From assembly GCA_041659405.1 (NCBI GenBank), contig JBAZYK010000004.1, positions 90,001 through 122,000 of the forward strand: a stretch of DNA of 32,000 bases, read 5' to 3'. Positions 25,716-31,965 of this stretch are shown here, in pieces. How positions within the stretch are numbered: position 1 is the stretch's first letter; each line of letters begins with the position of its first letter. Source of the stretch: Candidatus Altimarinota bacterium (GTDB taxonomy: Bacteria; Patescibacteriota; Gracilibacteria; UBA1369). The notes beneath the pieces were generated by a model, which worked only from the letters and a program-made list of their open reading frames with translations, ran no database searches and was not told the origin of the DNA. Position numbers and translations under genes: made by a program.

Positions 25716-27009
25716 CAAACCAGTCGAGATTGATGACTTAAGCAAGAGGTCAGGGGAGACCGTGCAAATGGAAGGTGCTGTTCACAAGATTAGAAGCTTG
25801 GGGAATGTAGCTTTTATCGTTATTCGAACTATAAGGGATAAATTACAGGTTGTTCTGGATGGTGAATCCATGCAATTACTTTCCGGTTTGAAAGAAGGCG
25901 ATTTTGTAAAATTCAGTGGCGTTGTGGAAGAAAATCCTAAAGCATATAAAGGGCAGGAAGTTAGAGCAACAGCCATAGATAAGTTAAGTGGAGCAAAGGA
26001 TGTATTAGAAGTTAATCTTGGGGCAAAAGAGCTTCCAATGAATCTTGAAACAAAATTGGATCGTAGGATTTTAACATTAAGGCATTTGCGTGAAAGAGCG
26101 GTTTTCAAACTGCAGGAAGGAGTTGGTGTTGCTTTTCGAGAATATCTTTTGGATCAGAGATTTACCGAAATACATTCGCCCAAAATAGTTGCAGCAGGAG
26201 CTGAAGGAGGAGCCAATATATTTAAACTTGATTATTTTGGACGACCTGCTTTTCTTGCTCAAAGTCCTCAATTTTATAAACAATTTATGGTTCCTGTGTA
26301 TGGTAGAGTTTTTGAAGTGGGGCCAGTTTTCCGCGCGGAGAAACATGCGACTTCGCGTCATATTAACGAATACACATCATTAGATTTTGAAATGGGTTTT
26401 ATTGATTCTTTTAGAGATGTTATGTCGATGGAAGTTGGTTTTTTGAAATATCTTATAGGGGTTTTGGGGCAGAGGTATGGACATGAACTTGAATTGCTTG
26501 GCATAAAACTGCCGGATATTAGTAGTGTCCCAGCTATTAAATTCGCTGATGCTAAGGAACAAGTAGCAAAAAAATATAACAGAAAATACAGAGATCCTTA
26601 TGATTTAGAACCAGAAGAAGAAAGATTGATCGGAGACATGGTTAAGCAAGAAACAGGAAGTGATTTCGTATTTCTAACCCATTACCCTAAGGCCAAACGT
26701 CCATTTTACACTATGTCGTCTACTGAAGATCCAAATTATACCGAAAGTTTTGATCTGCTTTTCAAAGGATTAGAAATTACCACTGGTGGTCAACGAATTC
26801 ATGATTATGACACACAGGTAGAAGCCTTAAGAGCAAAAGGGTTAAATCCAGATGACTTTAAGGATTATCTTGAATTACACAAAAATGGCACTCCTCCTCA
26901 TGGTGGTTGTGGAATTGGACTTGAGAGGTTAACATTAAAACTTTTAGGAGGAACCAATGTTAGAGAAGCAACGCTCTTCCCAAGAGATTTGAATCGTCTT
27001 ACTCCTTAA
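25666..27009 (+). CDS. aspS: Aspartate--tRNA ligase, archaeal/eukaryal type (class IIb) with a short N-terminal appendage
   Basis: 447 aa. OB-fold N-domain, QSPQFYKQ, motif 2 FRAEKHATSRHINEYTSLDFEM and motif 3 PPHGGCGIGLERL. The first 17 residues are shared with the unrelated ORF at 30029-31498. Confidence 0.85.
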   Translation: MLEIRDQINLIDDSHITKPVEIDDLSKRSGETVQMEGAVHKIRSLGNVAFIVIRTIRDKLQVVLDGESMQLLSGLKEGDFVKFSGVVEENPKAYKGQEVRATAIDKLSGAKDVLEVNLGAKELPMNLETKLDRRILTLRHLRERAVFKLQEGVGVAFREYLLDQRFTEIHSPKIVAAGAEGGANIFKLDYFGRPAFLAQSPQFYKQFMVPVYGRVFEVGPVFRAEKHATSRHINEYTSLDFEMGFIDSFRDVMSMEVGFLKYLIGVLGQRYGHELELLGIKLPDISSVPAIKFADAKEQVAKKYNRKYRDPYDLEPEEERLIGDMVKQETGSDFVFLTHYPKAKRPFYTMSSTEDPNYTESFDLLFKGLEITTGGQRIHDYDTQVEALRAKGLNPDDFKDYLELHKNGTPPHGGCGIGLERLTLKLLGGTNVREATLFPRDLNRLTP

Positions 27010-27020
27010 AGTGTAAAATT

Positions 27021-27779
27021 ATGTATCGAGAAGGTATTGAAGTGAAAAGGGATACAAATGCTGGCATACTCCTCGAATACCCTTCTTGTCTCGAAGTTGT
27101 TGAGAAACTCTTTCCTGATAGTTGTGAAAGAATTTATTATCCGAATGACGAAGATTCTGTTGTTCATGTGAATCGTGAAGGAATAGATGTTGCATTCATT
27201 GCAGGACATGGGGCAAGTATCGCAGCGTGCATGGCAGAAAGACTGCGCGTATATGGGGCACAAGCATTAGTACGTATTGGAACGTGCGGTGCCCTTTCAA
27301 AAACAGTGCGCCTTTGGGAACCGATCATCACTACGGCATGTTTTAGCGACGAAGGTACTTCGAGACATTATCTTCCCGAAGGATTTCCTATTGTTTCAAA
27401 TCCAGCATTAAATCTGGCTCTTCGTGAGCATTTTGAAAAAAGCGGGATAACTCCGCAAGAAGGCATATCCATTACGACTGACGGAAGATGGCGGGAGGAT
27501 CCAGGGCTTTTTAAAAAGTTACATGAACTTGGGGTAGTTTCGGTTGAAATGGAAACTGCAGCCATTCTTGCTGTAGCGCAATATCGAAAACTATTTGGCG
27601 CTGCGATTAATATCGCGACAGATTTGCCAGCAGATGTAGAGAGTGAACATGATTTTAAGGGGATTCCTGATCGTGAAAACTATGACGAAAATTTTGATAA
27701 GAGCTTACGGATAATTATCCCGATAGTTATCGATACGCTTGTTGCCTTTCAGAGAGTTGTTTTAGCTTCTCATCTATGA
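27021..27779 (+). CDS. PNP/UDP-family (PNP_UDP_1) nucleoside phosphorylase or nucleosidase-like protein
   Basis: 252 aa with AGHGASIAACMAERL...ALVRIGTCGAL and VSVEMETAAILAVAQ, typical of the DeoD/Udp/MTAN fold. Substrate is unknown. It starts 11 nt after the aspS stop. Confidence 0.7.
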   Translation: MYREGIEVKRDTNAGILLEYPSCLEVVEKLFPDSCERIYYPNDEDSVVHVNREGIDVAFIAGHGASIAACMAERLRVYGAQALVRIGTCGALSKTVRLWEPIITTACFSDEGTSRHYLPEGFPIVSNPALNLALREHFEKSGITPQEGISITTDGRWREDPGLFKKLHELGVVSVEMETAAILAVAQYRKLFGAAINIATDLPADVESEHDFKGIPDRENYDENFDKSLRIIIPIVIDTLVAFQRVVLASHL

Positions 27780-28411
27780 AAAGAGAATGGAATAACATTT
27801 CTGATGATACTGAGACGATGGTATTTACAACCCCTTTGCCAGATGCGCGAATTTTATCGTTAGCGCCGCCTGAGTCTTCAAGTGTGCTTGATATAGGTTG
27901 TGGTTATGGTCGTGTCTTAAAACATATGTATGAAATGGGATATCGAGATCTTACTGGGATTGACGTTTCCGATGGACTTATATTAAGAGCTAAACAATTG
28001 TGTCCTGATGCCGTCTATCGCATTCAAGATATTGAGAGTATCCAACTTGAACAAAAATATGATCTGATTTTAATCATGGGAGTTATTGAATATATTTTGA
28101 GTGATGAAAATCAGAAAGAATTTTTTGGTAAAGTGAGTAGAGCTCTTCGCCCTAATGGACACGTATTATTAGAAACATTTGTTCTTGACCCTACAAATAT
28201 ATGTCAGTACATGGCTGGACTATTGAAAACAGGCCATTTGGGCAGATTTACGAATAACAGTAAGGGATTTGAGTGTCATCATCAATCTTATGCAGTTGTA
28301 GATAGACTTGTGTCTGAATTTTTTGAGGTAATAATCCGAACTCGCCAAAAATTTTTAACCTGGACTGGCTATGAATGTAACGGGTATTCACTTATTCTTC
28401 GGGCTAAATAA
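27776..28411 (+). CDS. Class I SAM-dependent methyltransferase
   Basis: 211 aa. Motif I VLDIGCGYGRV and an acidic post-I DLTGIDVS. An ATGA start/stop overlap joins it to the upstream gene. Confidence 0.75.
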   Translation: MKREWNNISDDTETMVFTTPLPDARILSLAPPESSSVLDIGCGYGRVLKHMYEMGYRDLTGIDVSDGLILRAKQLCPDAVYRIQDIESIQLEQKYDLILIMGVIEYILSDENQKEFFGKVSRALRPNGHVLLETFVLDPTNICQYMAGLLKTGHLGRFTNNSKGFECHHQSYAVVDRLVSEFFEVIIRTRQKFLTWTGYECNGYSLILRAK

Positions 28412-28416
28412 TTTTT

Positions 28417-28617
28417 GTGATATACTTTCAATATATGATATCTTCGCAACACAACTCTTCTCTACGCCAGCTAGAACGTCTAATGCAAGAAAAGGATGAG
28501 GAACTGACCCGTCTAGACAATCTTAAAAAAAATGAATTTAGAGATATGCGGCGATTATCTGAAATAGATATGACGATACAAGAAATAAGGCGTAAAATGA
28601 TGTTTCACCATGAATAA
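28417..28617 (+). CDS. Small hypothetical helical protein
   Basis: 66 aa from the GTG start, or 60 aa from the ATG at 28435. It is charged and coiled-coil-like. Its stop overlaps the HIT start by 8 nt, which is the main argument that it is translated. Confidence 0.35.
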   Translation: MIYFQYMISSQHNSSLRQLERLMQEKDEELTRLDNLKKNEFRDMRRLSEIDMTIQEIRRKMMFHHE

Positions 28618-29020
28618 ATGTGTTTTTTGCATTATTGCGCGACGCGAAAAATCTGCCAACATTGTGTGGGAAGATGATTATGTGATGGCTTTTTTGGATA
28701 TTGATCCTATTTCAGATGGTCACACCCTTGTGATTCCAAAAAATCATATTCGCGATGTAAGTGGGCTAGACGAAAAAACAGGCTCTCACGTGATGAGTGT
28801 TGCAAAAATTTTAGCATCCGTTATAGAAAAAACTTTTGGATTCGATGGTATCGAAATCAGAGCTGTAAGTGGACATTTCCAAGATGTTCCTCATTTTCAT
28901 TTGCACGTTTTTGGCAGAAATAAGATAAATGACATAAAGATTATATATCCTAAAGGAATCAATAACTCTCCCGAATATTTGGCTAAAAACGCTAAAAAAA
29001 TCAAGGATGAATTGAAGTAA
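28610..29020 (+). CDS. HIT-family nucleotide hydrolase (histidine triad)
   Basis: 136 aa. N-terminal CVFCII, DGHTLVIPK, and the histidine triad HFHLHVFG. Confidence 0.85.
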   Translation: MNKCVFCIIARREKSANIVWEDDYVMAFLDIDPISDGHTLVIPKNHIRDVSGLDEKTGSHVMSVAKILASVIEKTFGFDGIEIRAVSGHFQDVPHFHLHVFGRNKINDIKIIYPKGINNSPEYLAKNAKKIKDELK

Positions 29021-29027
29021 AATTTTA

Positions 29028-30026
29028 CTATACGATCTTTGGTAATTTCTTTCCATTCCTATAAGAGTCAACTAAATCTGTATAATCTGATTTTTTATTC
29101 CCCTGTTTACTTGGACTAAAAGCAGTTAGATATCTGTTTCCAGAATCTGGACATAAAACAACTAAATTTTTTCCAGTAAGCCCGTTATCGTCTACAAACT
29201 GTTTTGCCGCTGCCACTGCCAATCCGCTAGAGCCTCCAATGTAAATTCCAGTTTCAGTTATTAGATTTTCTATTTCCATCAATGCTAGTGCATCCCGTAC
29301 TTCCACTACATTTGCGAGAATATCCAAATTTAAGTTTTTAGGGATGAAATCTTCACCAACACCTTCTATTGCAGTTACCACGTTTCTACTCTCATTTATT
29401 CCATGAAATTTTGTGTAGTAAACTCCTGAATCTGGAGTTACTCCTACAACTTTCGTAGGAAGATCTTCATCTTTAAAATACTGTGCAACGCCGGAGGCCG
29501 TCCCTCCAGTTCCCATAGGACTAAATACATAATCTGCATTTGGAACATTGTTATGTATTTCAGGGCCGGTCGTTTTTTTATGAGCTTCTGGATTTAAAGG
29601 ATTATTAAATTGATCTATGAAAATCGAATCACGAGTATTTTGTGCAATGATTTCAGCGAAACCTCTAAAACCCAATGGGGATTCTGAATGTACGGATTCA
29701 TCCACCATAATCAATTCTATTCCGTATCTTTGTAAAAGCTTAACCTTATCAGGACTAGTTTTGGATGTTATTATTAGCACTAATCTAAATCCATAAATTT
29801 TTGAAGCCATAGCCAGTCCAATTGCCAAATTACCACTGCTATATTCAACTACTGTTCGTCCGCGTAAACCTATTTTTTTATCTAATGAATTACATACATG
29901 AAAAGCAACACGATCTTTTATAGACAAACCTGGATTCGCTCCTTCAAGTTTTAAATGTAGGCGATTGTCTTTATAAGGTATTTCAACGATTGGAGTATTA
30001 CCAACCAAATTTTCCGCATTACGCAT
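29028..30026 (-). CDS. Fold-type II PLP-dependent enzyme of the cysteine synthase/cystathionine beta-synthase (CysK/CysM) family
   Basis: 332 aa with GNTPIVEI, the PLP lysine context NPGLSIKDR, SSGNLAIGLA, GTGGTASG and GGSSG. The true substrate is unknown. Confidence 0.8.
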   Translation of the reverse strand: MRNAENLVGNTPIVEIPYKDNRLHLKLEGANPGLSIKDRVAFHVCNSLDKKIGLRGRTVVEYSSGNLAIGLAMASKIYGFRLVLIITSKTSPDKVKLLQRYGIELIMVDESVHSESPLGFRGFAEIIAQNTRDSIFIDQFNNPLNPEAHKKTTGPEIHNNVPNADYVFSPMGTGGTASGVAQYFKDEDLPTKVVGVTPDSGVYYTKFHGINESRNVVTAIEGVGEDFIPKNLNLDILANVVEVRDALALMEIENLITETGIYIGGSSGLAVAAAKQFVDDNGLTGKNLVVLCPDSGNRYLTAFSPSKQGNKKSDYTDLVDSYRNGKKLPKIV

Positions 30027-30028
30027 AG

Positions 30029-31498
30029 CTATTTTTTGTTAAAAAAACGTCTAAAAAGTAAAGAATCTGGGACTTCTAAGCGCGGTCCATCACAAACACG
30101 TTGATATATCCAGCCTAAACCATCAACAAATTGCGGAATTTCTCCATGAGAAGCTATCGTCGGAACCCTGCGTCCAAAATATTGTTCATACGGCATTACT
30201 CTATCGTCATCATTTAAATGATCTGCTGGCAAAGCAGAATAATCAACTCCCAATTTTGCACTCATTTTTTCCCTGTCACCAACAAAATTTAATGACTGAT
30301 CAGTATTTGAGCTATCAACTGTTTGATATCTACCCGAGTATCTCTGGTCAAGATATTCTGCAACTTTTGGATTGAAAGGCAGTTCTTTGGAGAAAAGTTG
30401 ACTTTCTGCAATAACGTCTTTCCCATATTTAGCTACAAGCTTGTCGTATAATGGATTTCCAAATAAATAACCTGGTGTATCAATTACTTGAGGCATTTCT
30501 CTAAGATACTCGTATCCTTTTAAATGCATTGCAGTACTTGCGAGTTTTATACGTTGACATTTGTCGCAATATCCACAATCAGAGGCATTTTCGCTATTCC
30601 AGCATGATACGCGAGATTCAAGTGCTGCAAGTCCGAATTTACGTCGTATGTATTCAAATACTGAATATGTGCTTAAGGTGGCAAGAGGGTAAGTAAAACT
30701 TACCGATGGTCCCAATAATGATTCCAAATACTTTTGATGCAATTCCATTGCCATCGGACTCTCATAAGGAGCTCTTCTTCGATTTGAATTAAATCCCAAA
30801 ACATCAAATGAATGACCAATTGCAATGTGTTGAGGAACTCTATCTTCGACGTTCCATAAAGATGCAAAGTATGTCATTGAAATATCAAATGGCTCATATC
30901 TACCATCAAGTCCATTCCTACAAACATCGTGCTCATAAGTAGAATAATCAGCATTATCAGTAGGGTTCTTCTTATCATAATCAATTTTGTAGTCGCGAAG
31001 ATCAAACCCGCATGCTTTTAATATTTCAGCTGATACAAAAGAGTCTCTTCCTCCGCTATTTCCAATTACAATTTGATTTGGAACAGCAGTGACCGGGTCT
31101 GGATGTAATTCCGTCAATGTCCTCGCGGTCACAAGTGGTGGACGAGCATCATCCAGCGAACCAATGACCCCCGAACTGAGACGGCCGATAAATTCAAAAG
31201 ATCTAGGATCTAAATCAAAATCTAAATTGATTATCATGGATTGACGAAATTTGCCAATCATCGCGGCAATAAGTGCAGATTTTATTATTTCAAGACCAAC
31301 CTCTGTTGGCTTCTCTTTTGCAGTAAATCCAATTACCGATAAAATTTTACTTTGTATATCACTAGCTCTAAGTACAGCGGAATTTTGTGCGTGTTCAAAT
31401 TCGCAATTAATTATTGCATCTGAACTGACTTCACTACCTTGTTTATTGGTTATACGATTATCGTCGATTAAGTTTACCTGGTCTCTTATTTCTAACAT
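30029..31498 (-). CDS. PP-loop (N-type ATP pyrophosphatase) protein, QueC/ExsB-like core with N- and C-terminal extensions
   Basis: 489 aa. SGGRDS is at residues 148-153. SCWNSENASDCGYCDKC gives C-x8-C-x2-C-x2-C (residues 299-314), the spacing I recall for the QueC zinc site. About 145 aa N-terminal and 160 aa C-terminal have no recognised similarity. The stop lies 2 nt before the CysK-like start. Confidence 0.7.
   Translation of the reverse strand: MLEIRDQVNLIDDNRITNKQGSEVSSDAIINCEFEHAQNSAVLRASDIQSKILSVIGFTAKEKPTEVGLEIIKSALIAAMIGKFRQSMIINLDFDLDPRSFEFIGRLSSGVIGSLDDARPPLVTARTLTELHPDPVTAVPNQIVIGNSGGRDSFVSAEILKACGFDLRDYKIDYDKKNPTDNADYSTYEHDVCRNGLDGRYEPFDISMTYFASLWNVEDRVPQHIAIGHSFDVLGFNSNRRRAPYESPMAMELHQKYLESLLGPSVSFTYPLATLSTYSVFEYIRRKFGLAALESRVSCWNSENASDCGYCDKCQRIKLASTAMHLKGYEYLREMPQVIDTPGYLFGNPLYDKLVAKYGKDVIAESQLFSKELPFNPKVAEYLDQRYSGRYQTVDSSNTDQSLNFVGDREKMSAKLGVDYSALPADHLNDDDRVMPYEQYFGRRVPTIASHGEIPQFVDGLGWIYQRVCDGPRLEVPDSLLFRRFFNKK
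30557..30604 (-). other. Cys4 motif C-x8-C-x2-C-x2-C
   Basis: Residues 299-314, CWNSENASDCGYCDKC. Coordinates come from frame arithmetic. Confidence 0.7.
31040..31057 (-). other. PP-loop motif SGGRDS
   Basis: The codons AGC GGA GGA AGA GAC TCT are read on the minus strand in the frame of ORF 30029-31498. Confidence 0.8.
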
Positions 31499-31580
31499 AA
31501 ATGGCGCTTGGCGCTTAATGATGAGGAGGGTTATCCTACCAATATCTTTTTAAAGATGCAAGGCTCTTTTACACAAAAAC
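31446..31580 (-). repeat. Inverted repeat, right arm (promoter, leader, ATG and first 17 codons)
   Basis: Its reverse complement aligns to 25591-25715. It carries a 7-nt tandem duplication (AAGCGCC AAGCGCC) in the leader. Distal homology blocks lie at 31581-31602 and 31830-31860, separated by a 227-nt arm-specific insert. Confidence 0.85.
31533..31561 (-). promoter_or_regulatory. Putative promoter of the QueC-like/CysK-like operon (inside the right repeat arm)
   Basis: Read on the minus strand: TTGCAT (31561-31556), a 17-nt spacer, then TAGGAT (31538-31533). It is identical to the left-arm promoter. Confidence 0.5.
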
Positions 31581-31856
31581 GGGATCATACGTTTTCCACA
31601 GATCAGTAGTTTTTTATTATGCGAACAAAAGTACACAACAACACAATTCTGGAAGGATTTAGCAAAATTCATTTTGGCTTGCAGGTGCGGACTTTTGACC
31701 ATTTTCGCCTTCACTGGAAGGAATTCCCCACAATTTTTAGCACTCGTTAGTGTGCATTTACAAAGAAATTTTCCCGAGTTTTGATTTGAAATTATTTCAA
31801 AGAAAAAAGCGTATGACCCCAAAAATATCCTGCGCTGCCTGCACCAGTTGGTTCTC

Positions 31857-31885
31857 AAAAAAAACCTCTGTAGGTTAGCCTACAG
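31857..31885 (-). terminator. Intrinsic terminator downstream of the tRNA gene
   Basis: The 7-bp stem CTGTAGG/CCTACAG (31868-31885) has a 4-nt loop. On the minus strand it is followed, after 3 nt, by a run of 8 T (31857-31864). Confidence 0.55.
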
Positions 31886-31965
31886 TTCATCTAAAATATA
31901 TTCTAGCAGAGTTGTATAATCCCTTCAAAAAACCGAAAATTTTCATTTTAACGGTATTGAATCCC

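Noticed and set aside
25591-31580. The inverted repeats as the ends of a transposon or composite mobile element.
   Set aside because: There is no transposase, integrase or recombinase ORF, and I could see no target-site duplication. The repeats coincide exactly with promoter, leader and start codon, and both point inward. This fits a duplicated expression module better than transposon termini.
25600-31600. The locus as a compositionally foreign island (lower GC, AGA/AGG-rich arginine codons).
   Set aside because: Hand counts of 60-nt samples gave 30-38 percent GC in the locus. I found similar values inside the macroglobulin gene, and 40-60 percent in other core genes. AGA/AGG codons are also used in ppdK and the macroglobulin. 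The evidence by eye is not discriminating, and a computed codon-adaptation/GC3 analysis is required.
31550-31858. A 102-aa minus-strand ORF upstream of the QueC-like gene.
   Set aside because: It has a TTG start and a Cys/Phe/Lys-rich composition. It runs through the terminator-proximal region, the arm-specific insert and the promoter of the repeat. More likely it is a non-coding regulatory region.
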